Counted from the first letter of the stretch, positions 38,151-50,842 are shown. The stretch is DNA of 64,000 nt from Octopus vulgaris (GCA_951406725.2 OX597823.1:77810001-77874000); one strand, 5' to 3'. Notes: generated from the letters alone by a model not told the origin. Numbers and translations: made by a program.

Positions 38151-38959
38151 AACAATAAACAAGATGAGGACAAATACTTGTCAAATATAAATAATGTAAA
38201 TAATTCCTCATCTCTTAAATATAGAACTGTATTAATTAAAGACAAGATTTACAAGTCATGTTGATGAAGGTATATTTTTTCTGTACTAGTCATAGATGTC
38301 CATTATGCAAAAACTAAATTTGAAATTCATTCATCACCTTATTATACTTGAAGTGAATTATAAAACATAATTAAATTAATATCTGTTGCTTATACATTTC
38401 CTGTTTAGTTGGATCTGTTTTGAACCCCTTACCCATACATTAGTTGGCAGTGATTAACAAACCACTTTGATCTGCTAAGGTCTCTGTAGATTAATTAGTG
38501 CTTTGAAAGGTATTGAGGAATTTCAAATGGAATACTCTAGAACTTCATTCATTGCTTTTAATTTTCAGATTCACACAACCCTCATGAGAATAGATGTGAA
38601 GATGAAATAAATGGTTTATGTATTCTTCTGTTAATCTGAAACCACTTGGTCTAATCTCCTCATTACTAACAATCTTGATTGCTAAAAAGTAGCAATCAGT
38701 CTTTTACGAAAACTAACCATATATTTCTGCAATATCTATGACATAGTATCAATGTTTTCCAATTCAATTTTTTTTTCTCCAGATTTCTATCCAGTTAACC
38801 GGTTCATTACCAGGATCTCTCCAGAATTTGGTAAATATTTCTGGTAGAAGTGAATCTAATAGCAAAATAACTGTTTAAATTTGAAAGAAAAAAAAAAATA
38901 TCTCTTTTAAAAGACTTTTGTGCCGTTTGAGAAAGAAAAAAATAGTTTGCAAAATTATC

Positions 38960-39067
<108 letters not shown>

Positions 39068-40282
39068 TACACATACTAATACTCATAGTGGAAAATATGG
39101 ATTTGAGTGTGCTTCACTATGATAGCTTCCCTCTGTTTGCTGTTCTCTAGTTACGAGTGTATTTTCAATTTTTTTGGTTTGTGGTTATAAGCATGTTTGC
39201 TTGCTTTTTTTAAAAATATATATATAAACAAATCCATGTTCTTACCAAAGCATTTTTGCATTTCCTTTTTTCAAGTGCTCTTCACCATAAGTTTTTTTCT
39301 TACAACTTTGCAGCAGAATTTAACAGACGACGTTTATTTTACTAAAGTAGTAGTTAAAATTTTCTTCAATTTTAGAAATAGAATCAAAAAAAGCTCTTCA
39401 GTACTGGTAAAAAATAAAGTTACCTGTTTGCAAATAATTAATGGTACTTGAAAAAAAAATCTATATCATATGTTTGATATCTTATTTATAATATATAAAC
39501 AATAAAGGCTTTGAATATATCCCAGGGAGGAAAAAACCACCACCACATTTCAATGTTACTCAAAATATTTATACTTAAAACTGATCAATAAATACTTAAA
39601 AGGTGTCTCTAAAGTGTTGTTATGAGAAGAGTATCTGTGTGTGTAGTTCTTAAAATATATAGTTCATTGTTAAGCAGGAATCCACTGAAGTGCTCCATAG
39701 ACTAGGTTTAGAGTAATATAACTTAATACATCGACTAACTGAAATTAAAGCATTTATATTGAAATGACAGGTATTATATTGGATCACATCTGTATTTCTG
39801 AAAACTGGTTGCAACTGAAGAGAGATAGCAGGAGCCATTGCTGGCTTTGAGTAAGTGGAGGAAATTTGAATTCATCATCAATTACACTCGCAACAACGAA
39901 GCCATGGCTTGTGAGGTGTTGAATTCAAGGCTAAACTTTGCATAATTCAACACTCATCTATTTGTGTTGAGAATTACCGTTGTAGAATACATCAGCAAAT
40001 AGAGATTTAGCTGCACTCAGTTATAAATATCTTTCTCAAAATACATCAGGACTGCATTGCTAAGTAGGAATCCTCCATTGTGATGCAGGAATACGGTAAA
40101 GTGGTCCATAAATTAAGCTTAGAGTGATATAACTTAATGTCAGGAGTGTAAATATTAATATTGGTAAATTTGATTCTCCTTGATTTACTCCCTACTGGTA
40201 ATGGCACTGGTTACGTCTTTGTGAATGCAATCTGATTCTAGAAACACAGCTGTGTCCCAATGTAATACATACTGTATGAAGC

Positions 40283-40358
40283 TATATATATATATATATA
40301 TCTTTATATATATATACATATATATATATACATATATATATATATACATATATACATA

Positions 40359-40418
<60 letters not shown>

Positions 40419-40419
40419 C

Positions 40420-40464
<45 letters not shown>

Positions 40465-40506
40465 CATATATATATACATATATATATGTATATATACATA
40501 TATATA

Positions 40507-40583
<77 letters not shown>
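40283..40583. repeat. Compound (TA)n/(TG)n microsatellite
   Basis: Directly visible. Confidence 0.95.
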
Positions 40584-40586
<3 letters not shown>

Positions 40587-40758
40587 ATTATAGATCCATT
40601 ACAGCTGATCTTACCAATTGGTTTCCCACTGAATATTGGATAACTAGATATTAGATAACAGGGTGGCTATATGATTAATATACCCACTCTGTTGGCAAAT
40701 ATACACATTCCTAGTTTTTTTCTGAATTATAGATTAGAAATGTGTGTGTGTGTGTGTA

Positions 40759-40904
40759 ATGAAAAGTTCCTGGCTTTGGGTAAAAGAAACTACAGGAGGA
40801 TCAGATAATTATGATTTTATTCAACATATTCCCCTCTCAGATTCACACACTTATTACAGCAGTCCTTCAGTTTTTCTAAGTGCTGTAAAAGAACTTGGAA
40901 GGTT
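40759..40904 (-). mobile_element. Mariner transposon 3' end (transposase C-terminus plus partial TIR)
   Basis: Minus strand translates LEKLKDCCNKCVNLRGEYVE*, matching the mariner KLxxRWxKCIxxxGxYVE end; TIR-like TGAAAAGTTCC nearby. Confidence 0.75.
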
Positions 40905-40911
40905 ATATATA

Positions 40912-41066
40912 TGGTAAGTAGCTTGCTTGCCAACCACAGGATTCTGGGTTCAGTCCCACTGCGTGGCATCTTGGGCAAGTGTCTTCTACTATAGACTCAG
41001 GCCGACTAAGGCCATGTGAGTGGATTTGGTAGACGGAAACTGAAAGAAGCCCATCATATATATGCA

Positions 41067-41123
<57 letters not shown>

Positions 41124-41340
41124 ATATGTTTGTGTGTCTGTGTTTGTCCCCCCAACATCGCTTGACAACCAATGGTAGTGTGTTTATGTCCCCATAACTT
41201 AGCGGTTTGGCAAAAGACACCAATAGAATAAGTATTAGGCTTCCAAAGAATAAGTCCTGGAGTCAATTTGTTCAACTACAAGTGGTGCTCCAGCATGGCT
41301 GCAGTCAATTGACTGAGACAAGTAAAAGAGTAAAGAGAGT
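40912..41340 (+). mobile_element. SINE family A (near full length)
   Basis: Aligns to 56417-56835. Confidence 0.9.
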
Positions 41341-41599
41341 ATATATATATATATATATATATATATAATCATTGATGTCTATATATGTATGTTTATATGC
41401 TTATGTAGAAGCAAGAACAGCAGAAATGAAATAATTTCCTGTTATTTTTTGATCTTTGAACATAGATCTACATTTAAGGCAGTGGTGAATTGCCAACTAT
41501 AATTTCTTTGTTGAAAATTTCTACTGAATTAGTCTGGAGGGTGGGGTTGTGCCTTTGGTCTTCACAATCCCTTTGAAGTCATTAAGACCAATGACAATA

Positions 41600-41851
41600 T
41601 AAGTTCCTCTTGAGCTGCTAGTCAGTGATTGCATGGAAGGAATTCCAGAAGGTTCAACATTCTGTGGAAGAAGGAATTAGTGTAGAAGGAAGAAGGAATT
41701 GATGCAGAATAGAGCAAGGAATGGGCAAATCCAGCCAACAAGGGGGAAATAAACCAGTTAGTAGGGAACAATGAGAGTGATGTGTAATAAGAGGAAGCTG
41801 GGGACATGTGACTTGGCATTGGAGTAGCTGGCTCTGAGAAGCAGAGGTCAC
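41600..41851 (-). mobile_element. CR1/L2-group LINE 3' remnant
   Basis: YTNSFFHRMLNL then WNSF after a frameshift, resembling the NSFFPRTxxxWNxLP terminal motif. Confidence 0.55.
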
Positions 41852-41852
41852 T

Positions 41853-42025
41853 TCAGTAGTGGTAGTAATAGTAGTAGTAGTAGCAGCAGCAAGTAGTGTT
41901 AGTAATATTAGTAATTTTAGTGGTAGTAGCAGTGTTAGTAATGTTACTATTAGTAGTAATATTAGTAGTAGTGGTGTTAGTAGGAGTAGTTCTAGCTATA
42001 GTGTTAGTTGTATTAGTACTGTTGT

Positions 42026-42062
<37 letters not shown>
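41853..42062. repeat. Degenerate (GTA)n microsatellite
   Basis: Directly visible. Confidence 0.9.
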
Positions 42063-42063
<1 letters not shown>

Positions 42064-42460
42064 AGGTGGCAGGTCGGCAGAATCGTTAGTATGCTGGACG
42101 AAATACTTAGCAGCATTTTATCCATTGCTACGTTCTGAGTTCAAATTCTGCCAAGGTTGACTTTGCCTTTCATCCTTTCAGGGGTCAATGAAATAAATAC
42201 CAGCAAAACACTGAAGTGAATGTAAACGACTAATTCCTGCCTCCACATTTCAGACCTTGTGTCTATAGTAGAAAGGATTTTTATTATTATTTGCATCGCT
42301 ACATTCTGAGTTCAAATTCCACCGAGGTCGACCTTGCCTTTCATCCTTCTAGGCTTAATGAATTAAGTACCAGTTATGCAGTGGGGTTGATGTAATTGAC
42401 TGATCCCCTCCCTGCAAAATTCCAGACCTTGTACCTACAGTAGAAAGGATTATTATTATT
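42063..42460 (+). mobile_element. Two tandem family B SINEs
   Basis: Two consecutive GAGTTCAAATTC..GCCTTTCATCCTT..AGTAGAAAGGATT units with (ATT)n tails. Confidence 0.85.
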
Positions 42461-42468
42461 GTTATTAT

Positions 42469-42820
42469 TTTTCCTTCTTTCTTCAAATTTTCTTCCGTTT
42501 CTCGCCGAGTGTTTTCTGTACACCTAGGGCAGAGAAACTCATTGTATGCATTCCCAGATTACACATGTAAATTCACAGGTAAAATATGTATTTAAAAAAT
42601 TAATAAACAAATAAATTCATGAATGGATGTTGTTTTCACAGTGATAATGCTCTTCTCAGTACATGGGCCATTCCAGTTAACACAATTTTTTGCACTTCCT
42701 GTAGGGATGGTAAGCCTGGTATCATTTCCAAATAGGTTTCAGTACCTTTCTTTTATCATTCCTAGAGATCCTACAATCACTGGTACTGTAGTCGCCTTGA
42801 GATGCCACATTTTTTCAATT
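42469..42820 (-). mobile_element. R4/Dong-clade non-LTR retrotransposon, 5'-truncated, in (TAA)n
   Basis: IEKMWHLKATTVPVIVGSLGMIK/KGTETYLEMIPGLPSLQEVQKIVLTGMAHVLRRALSL* (one frameshift) is the RLE C-terminus; 3' UTR follows; (TTA)n on both sides. Confidence 0.85.
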
Positions 42821-43480
42821 TATTATTATTATTATTACCAGTAGTAGTAGTGTTACTAGCAGCAGTGTTAGCTGTAGTGATGTTAATGGCACTACTTTTT
42901 GCAGCAGGAGTGAAGAAAGGCAAAAGAGCAGTCAGTATGTCTATACACCAGAGGTTCGTGTATATTAGTTTGTGATTTCATGCCAATCAATTGCATGGTC
43001 ATTCTTTCCATGCAAACTAGGAATATGTCTGTCTCTCTAGTAGTGGCCAAATACATGCAATATTAAGTGGTGAATCCCACTCACTTTCAATAGAGGAATA
43101 CTGGTTTCTGTGTACATAACTTCTTGTTTATGCTGAAGGTGAATGGGAATGTGTGACATTACAAAATTGAGTCAGATTTGATCTGTTAACAGCTGATTTA
43201 ATTTATAGCATTCCCTATTAGCGCCTGAAAGGATTGAGGAAGTCTTGAAATGACCATTTGATTTGCTGCAAATACTAGCTAAATATCCTTCAAATTATAC
43301 TCTACCATCTTTAAAATGTAAGGACACTTTGAATAATCTAGTTCACACTGGATTAACCATTAAGCTAGATAAGCATGTACTTAGGGCATTAAAGGAAGTG
43401 GTAAATGGTTAACAGTACAAAAGAAATCACTTCAAATGTTCTAAAACAATATTTGGAATGCCTTATTTTTACTAAGTATA

Positions 43481-44096
43481 GGCGTAGAAGTGATTGTGTG
43501 GTAAGTAGCTTCCTTACGTACCACATGGTTCCAGGTTCAGTCCAACTGCATAGCACATTGGGCAAGTGTCTTTTATTACTATAGCCTAGGGCCAACCAAA
43601 GCCTTGCGAGTGGATTTGGTAGATGGAAACTGAAAGAAGCCTGTCGTATATATGCATGTTTGTGTGTGTGTGTGTGTGTGTGTGTTTGTGCATGTTTTTG
43701 TGTCTGGTTTGTCACCCACCATGGCTTGACAACTGGTAGTAAAGTTTGTTTGCCAACATAACATGGCAGTCCTGATTTAGGATGAATGTTGCTATAATTT
43801 AACCCCAGGAGGCATTGTCTCCAGCTGGCTATCCAGGAGATGGTGTCTCCTGGGGCTAAATTACAGTAACATTTTTCCTAAACCAGGACTGCCATGTTAT
43901 GTTGGCAAACAATCTTTACTACAGAGTACTGTTGGTGAATATCTCATGTTGTGAGATTTAAAAATAGTAATTTTTGGCAATTGGTGTTGTGGTGTTTATG
44001 TCCATGCAACTTAGAAGTTCAGCAAAAGAGACCGAGAGAATAAGTGCCAGGCTTAGAAATAACAAGCTCTGGGGTTGATATTTTGACCACAACCCT
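43481..44096 (+). mobile_element. SINE family A interrupted by a fold-back insertion
   Basis: The SINE stops at ~43735 (TTGACAACTGGT) and resumes at ~43976 (GGCAATTGGTGTT). Confidence 0.8.
43736..43922. repeat. Inverted repeat with ~90-bp arms
   Basis: TTGTTTGCCAACATAACATGGCAGTCCTG pairs exactly with CAGGACTGCCATGTTATGTTGGCAAACAA; pairing continues inward to CCCCAGGAG/CTCCTGGGG. Confidence 0.9.
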
Positions 44097-44114
44097 TGCC
44101 TCAAACTTACGATT

Positions 44115-44255
44115 TTTCACTTTGCTTGTGGTTGTAGGTTTCGTGCACCCCTATGACCTGAAAAATTATTCTGGAGGGAGTTTTACTCCTGGAAGGTTTA
44201 ACAAAGCTAGGTAGGTCTGAAGGGAGAGGATCGGACTAAATGAGACTCACCATTA
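44115..44255 (+). mobile_element. Possible RTE-type LINE 5' UTR remnant
   Basis: CTTGTGGTTGTAGG..ATGACC..GGGAG..CTCCTGG..GGTCTGAAGGGAGAGG..GACTAAA resembles recalled RTE 5' UTR motifs. Degenerate. Confidence 0.3.
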
Positions 44256-46794
44256 GAAGGCACAGAAAGCAGCATAGCCTTGTACAATTTCCTACTAGGG
44301 AGTCTATTTATCAATGATCAATGAATCTCTTAAGATGCTGGAAGATGGAACGGCATTAATGACTATGGCTAGGAATGCTTAATTCCAATAGTAAGCCACT
44401 GCCAATATTTATAGAACAGGTGATGATAAATGTTATTAATATACTGAAAGATTTCAAAATCCAAGCAAGATCAACCCAATTATGATGATATATCTTTATT
44501 TGTTTTAATCCTCAAACTCCTTTGTGACCATTTACATTAACATGTAATTATCTTAATTAGTGTTTGAAACCTATTTATTCCCTTAGTTGGGGCTTATGGC
44601 AACAAACCTTCTCTGATAAAAATATTTAATTTCATTTATATCCCTGTGAAATAACAGCTGGATATTAATTATACATAATTCGTTAAGCCTTGGAGTATGG
44701 CTAATTAATTAAATCTAATGAACAAGAAAGAAAATATTTCTTATATATTTCTAAGGTAGCAATTTATCGACTTCCTAATTCCAATTCTTGTTGTTGTTGA
44801 GTCTCATTTTAGCCCTAAAGGAGTAGACACATGGCCAAAGGCACTCCAACGATGACCATTCCCTCAGTTACTCAGAATCACACCATCCATGTCTTTCTTT
44901 TCGAAGATGATAAGGTGTGATTTTAGTGAGATTTGCCTGCTATTTCTAGCAGATTGAGTGACTGTGGAAATGCTCATTTGATAGCTTGTTCATCCTTCAG
45001 TTTATGTATACATATATCATAGTGGTTTATACTGAGTTAGATATTCCATGGAGTTTAATTAGGAAAAGTATACATGTAATTGGGTAATATTAACTGCATT
45101 GGTAAACAGTTTACCTGAATGAATAAATAAGTTTGATTTGAAATAGACTCTAAATATAAAATAAGCTGTTTTTCAAAATTAATTTGCTATGTATTCTATG
45201 TCATGTGTGGAATATCTGAGTAACTTCAAATTATTTTTCAATTTTGGATTTGGTTTGCAAGATTCTTTATATGAGTTTGTGTGTTGAAGCATATTCTGTT
45301 ATGTCTGGAGAGAGTCATTTTCTTTTTGTGCCTTATAATGTAACACACTCACCGGTAAAATTTCCACTTATTTTTATTTTCCTAAAATTTTCGTTGCATC
45401 TTGAAAAAGCGCCATGCTTTGGCAACTGAAAAATTGCGATACATGGACTCAGCTTGAGTTCATTTCTTTGAAGCTGTTTAAATGCATGTGCATTAGCAAT
45501 ACTTGCTTATTTTATATCCTAACTGATGACCATTAATCATTGGTTACAGGCTTCTTACAAGCAAAATCATTAGGATCCTCGTCTCCATAGTATAAAAGCA
45601 ACTGGGATCACAACAATTCCCCTGAATAGGATTCTAATCCGCTATGGTGTTACTCATTTGCAGCTGAATGGACTGGAGCAATATGAAATGAAGTGTTTTG
45701 TTCAAGAATACAATGCACTGCCTGGGCCTGGAATTGAAACCCTGTTCTTGTGATAGTGAGTGCAACACTCAATCCTCTAGGCTACGTGCTCTGATTGCCA
45801 TTACAATAATGACCATCCATAAAATCCAAGATCCATGATTCATAGTGCAATAAAATGAAAGTGGTCATGCATTGATGTGTGTGTGAGTGTGTGTATATAT
45901 GTGTCTGTGTGTGTGTGTGAGAGAGAGAGAGAGTGAGACTGTGTGCATTATATGATATCAATACATCTATGAATATAATCAGTTGCACTGTGTGTGATGT
46001 AATGCTCAGCACACTGCCTTTGAATAAACCCATTCATCATGTATAAAGACAAAGCAATCAATAGGATAAGATATTGGACCATCAGTTTATTGATTTGAGT
46101 TCAAATCTGTTGCAGACGTTTATTTATCTATTTTATATCACATTTTAGGAAGAACAGCATCATAGGTTTCCAACATGCCAATCACTGGTTCAGTGAATTC
46201 ATAATAGTGACAGTGATAAGGCAGCGTCTGTGAAACTTAGGTAGAATAAATGTCACAAGGAATTTTTATTTGAATGCACCGGTTTATTGGGCTTTTACTT
46301 TTTTTTCTCTCGTTGATCCTTGTATTTTCTGCCAGTGTACTATACCTTGACAAAAGTTACATGCATACTTATTAATGTATATGTGTGTACCATTCACTTA
46401 TATTGATAAAATACACACATATAAACAAGATGATTGCTATCCAGTTCTATCTACTAAATTCTATTATCCACAAGATAGTAGTAAGTCAAAGTTTATGGTA
46501 GAGAAAACGTATGAAAGGTGGACATGGAATGGGATCAAGCTCAAAACCGTGTTTACTGTAAAGCAGTAATCTTCTTAACTGTACTTTCATGCCTGTATTC
46601 ATTTCAGTGTATCTTTGAGCAAGGTTCTTCATTGCCTGTCTCATAGAAGTTTTTTGAATATTTTTTTTCCACTCTCATTCAGTTAAGCTCTGGTCCTTAC
46701 AAATCACTTCAAGATCTTAGAAATATTTTATCTTACATATCTTGCATGTTGAGGGGTTTTTTTACAGGGTAAACTATATACAACAAAACAAAGC

Positions 46795-46851
<57 letters not shown>

Positions 46852-46898
46852 GATGATGATGATGATGATGATGATGATGTTTATTATTATTATTATTA
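46795..46898. repeat. (TTA)n(TGA)n microsatellite
   Basis: Directly visible. Confidence 0.95.
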
Positions 46899-48804
46899 TG
46901 TTTATATATTTTTCTGTGATCTGAAATAGCTTGTTTTACCTGGGTTTTGAAAGTGATCATTATTATTGATAAATTTAAAATTGTTATTGGTTCTTTGATT
47001 CTAACACACAGTTCAACACATATGCATACACAGATATTATTCTTTGATTACCAATAATATTAATTGAATTTTTCTTTGATGTTTGAATATCAAAAGACGA
47101 CAGAATATTTATTAGTGCAATATGATTTAAATATGCGAAACATTTATTATTGGTTAAGACTCACATATTTTGCATTTCAACACCTTTTATGAGGTACAGA
47201 TGATAGTAGGCAGCATTCAATGTTTTTCTCTTTTGCTTATTCCAATCAATGGTTGGTAACCTCGTTAGGGTACTGCCATCTCGAGTTTTAGTTGATCATA
47301 CCGGTCCCAGTATTTATTTGAATCTTGTATCGATTTTATTTATATCTATTTATTGAACCTCTATGTTAAGCTTTTTTTTAAACATAAATGTACACAACTG
47401 TACACACCAGTCTATATTGGTAAACTTAAGCACACGCTTGAATATTGATATACACCAGTTATATGCTCTCATGCACATGGTCTTATTGAGGACATAATAA
47501 CCTAGTGTTAGTGTTATAATAACATGCACTTTCTATATTCTGTAAATTGGTTGATGTTAGGAAGGCCGTCCAGCCATAAAAGCTAGTTGACTTACAGAAT
47601 ATGTATAGTTACCCTACCTATTTAAGGGAGAATTAGCAACAAATAAGAACTGTGCAGATCACTGCAACCCATTCTATCCATACTAGCATGGAAAGAGGAC
47701 ATTAAATGATTAGAATAAATATATATCCCCAAAGTATTCATTTATTCAGTGTGCTTTTCTCCATGCAAGCATGGGTTGACAGAGACTTATTTTCTGGCAG
47801 AATCTTACAATCAGAAGCTCTTTTTATTTCTGACACCCACATATTTTTTCCTGTTAGTATTTTCTTCCACCGTAGTTCTCCAGACCCAGAACCAAATAGT
47901 TGTGAAACATAACTTCATAACAACACACCAATGTCTAATAAAAAAAAAAAATGAATGAATTATTTAATTGTTTAAATAGATGAATTCATTTATTTTGCAA
48001 GTCTTCACAAAAATAAATAAATAGATAAATAAAATAAACAAATGAAATAAAATGCAAAAAATTATATTATGAAATACAAATTCTGCAATTATGATATTGA
48101 TTTTTTGTTTACTTAAATTATTTTCGTTTGTTTCTACTTATATAATGATGATGGATTTTGATGGAGTAATTATTTATGCAGTTGGATATACTTTTTTCCT
48201 GCTAACCATTTAAATATAAAGTAGGAATGGTAAGTAAGACAAACAAGCAATTGGACTCATGCTGAAGGTGAAGTAAGCCTGAGCTTATGACCATGTGGTC
48301 AGTAGTCTAGTGCCTCAGTGTCACAGCTCTTGCATCTTAAAATTCATTATTTCTTTTGTCTTCTGTACTTGATGCATGGTACTACGGTGCACCTGTTAAG
48401 CATTCATTAATTTGATGGAGCGAGTGAGCTAATGTGTGACACAAGCATTTGATGACTATAAACAAATCATTTGTGCAGGCTCTTCAACAAAAGCTGAACA
48501 CTCATACTTCGTCTTTGATGGGGGAGCCCATCAATATAAACCATGGATGTTATCCACTAAGACCCTGACCAGCAAAAGCCTGGGTCTGTAATAAAATGCA
48601 CTAAGATGCTTCAAGATAGGACTGAACCTAAAACTACATAGGGAGTAAATGTCTTAATCACACAGCTCAGCCTTCTCATATTACACACACATACACACAC
48701 ACTCTCTTGCTCTCTCTCTCTTACATATAAGTAATGCTCATGCATACACATATATACGCACATAAGCAGGCTTAGATGTATTGTTTTTAGAAGAATACTC
48801 AGTA

Positions 48805-49153
48805 TTGAGACCCCACCTTTGGTCATGACTGACCATGGGATTGCACCTAGAAAGTTACCCTCCCAAGCACAAGTCCGGGCAAGGTTGTTTATGGAAGACC
48901 AGCAGTCACCCATGCATACTGGCCTCCCCTCTCCATGCCACCAGTGTTATCCAAGGGAAAAGCAAAGGGGCCGATACAGCTTGGCACCTGTGACGTTGCA
49001 GCTCATTTCTACAGCTGAGTGAACTGAAGCAACGTGAAATAAAGTGTATTGCTCAAGAACACAACACACAACCCTGTCTGAGAACTGAACTCACAACCTC
49101 ATGATCGTAAGCTCGACGTTCTAACCACTGAGCCACGCATCTTCACCTGAGAG
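48805..49153 (-). mobile_element. SINE family C head with a third tail type
   Basis: Head and core as at 8971; distinct ~190-bp tail; 12-bp TSD GAATACTCAGTA at 48793-48804 and 49154-49165. Confidence 0.85.
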
Positions 49154-49750
49154 GAATACTCAGTACATGAATCTAAAAAGTGCTTGACATAATATTGGCA
49201 GAAATAGTTATTTAAACTACATTAAACCACACTTTTATTTCTGAATATAATTAAGGAAAATGTCATTCCTTTCTTTCTAAATTTGTAGGAAAACAGAACA
49301 TTTCTTTCATTCTAAAAATGTATGTCACTTCAGATAAAGTTAAATTAATTTATCTGCTCGCATTTTACAAAGAGTTAATTGTATTACTCTGATCTGCAAT
49401 TCCATACACCTCGTTTCATTAATTTAATAAGATTCTGAATTTCAATATTAAATAAGTTAGTGCAAATCACCAAGCATTTGTAAATTAGAATATAACAGGC
49501 TTAGAGTGAGGGAGGGGAAGAAAAAAATTACGATAGAAAAATTAAAACAAGATTTTTTAACCGCCAGGAAAATCTGTTTCATTCAGGGGTAGAAAGTAAT
49601 GATAAAGTGGAATGAAATACAAAACAAAATATTTCAAACCATTTTGATAATTAGCAACAATTTTGGTTGTAGATTGATCAGGCCTTGTGAGTAAAGATAT
49701 TCTAGCCATGAGCATCCTGTCTGTGTTTTTTACCAGACATGTAGGATTCT

Positions 49751-49814
49751 ACAGCTCTCTATATTTGAGCGATGAGGATTTATGTATATTATGTACATTA
49801 TTTACATTTGACAG

Positions 49815-49862
<48 letters not shown>

Positions 49863-50019
49863 CAACAACAACAACATTGAAAAATACCTTAGGAATGAGA
49901 ACCCAGGTTTGAAATTTCCCCAGTACACCTGATGAAGGCTGGAGAGTATATCAGCCAAAACGTTGTGTTAACAACAAACAAGATGAGGACAAATATCTGT
50001 CAAGTGTAAATAATGTATC
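49751..50019. mobile_element. Second fold-back insertion of the hammerhead-tail element
   Basis: Inverted 3' end (49751-49818), then a forward copy from (AAT)n through the tail; 9-bp TSD TAGGATTCT at 49742-49750 and 50020-50028. Confidence 0.8.
49924..49969 (+). ncRNA. Minimal type I hammerhead motif (G12 mutated)
   Basis: UACAC-CUGAUGA-A-GGCUG-(10 nt)-CAGCC-AAAA-CGUU-GUGUU. Perfect stem II and ACGU palindrome, but GAAA is AAAA (CpG-decay-type change). Confidence 0.6.
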
Positions 50020-50164
50020 TAGGATTCTGTTGTACAGTGTGTTTTGTTTATTTTAAAGACACTGAGATTTGGTTGTTATTTCTACTTGGTGAATATTTAA
50101 GTACATGCCATGATGCTCCATCATGCATGTGGTTTATGAATAAGGTAGCCGAGGCAGTGAAAGT

Positions 50165-50372
50165 AATAATAATAATGAAAACAATCCTTTCTAATATAGA
50201 CACAAGACCTGAAATTTGTGGAGAGAGTGCTAGTCAATTACATCAACCCCAGTTTAATCGAACCTGAAAGGATGAAAGGCAAAGTTGACCTCAGTGGAAT
50301 TTGAAATCAGAATGTAGCAGCAGACGAGATACCACTAAGTATTTCATCTAGCGTGCTAACGATTCTGCTACC
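50165..50372 (-). mobile_element. SINE family B
   Basis: Reverse complement of the core (GAAAGGATGAAAGGCAAAGTTGACCTC). Confidence 0.8.
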
Positions 50373-50808
50373 ACATGTATATCTTATACATGAGTATTTC
50401 ATGTGGCGGTGTTTATTTCATTTGCCCCGATCAAGCAGAACTGCGATCAAATGCGTTCACGATTTACCCATCACTTCTTTAAGCATAAAGTCAGCCCTGA
50501 TCAAGCAGAACTACTATCGAAGGCTTTTCTAGATGCGACCATCCTTTCTTTCTGCATATATCTATGACTACATAATGAACGATATGTCCTTTGTTTAAAT
50601 AGCATGGTTAACAGGCCAAGCAAGTACTGTAAGGTCTTCCTTATCGGCTGGAAAATCTCGCAAGATGAATGACTCTGTAGAGGCTCTGTTGTCAGCTGAT
50701 GCATAAGTTGTAGAAAAGCCATAATTGGAAGGAGATTTGTAACAAAAGCAACATTCTAACAATGCTCAAATGGATGTAATAAGTAAATACATTGATTGTG
50801 TGTCTCTG

Positions 50809-50842
<34 letters not shown>

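Larger units (their letters stand above)
37713..38233. mobile_element. Palindromic insertion of a tRNA-head/(AAT)n/hammerhead-tail element (Penelope-like non-autonomous)
   Basis: Arms of ~235 bp or more around a 14-nt loop (37949-37962); 12-bp direct repeat AATTAAAGACAA at 37701-37712 and 38234-38245. Confidence 0.85.
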
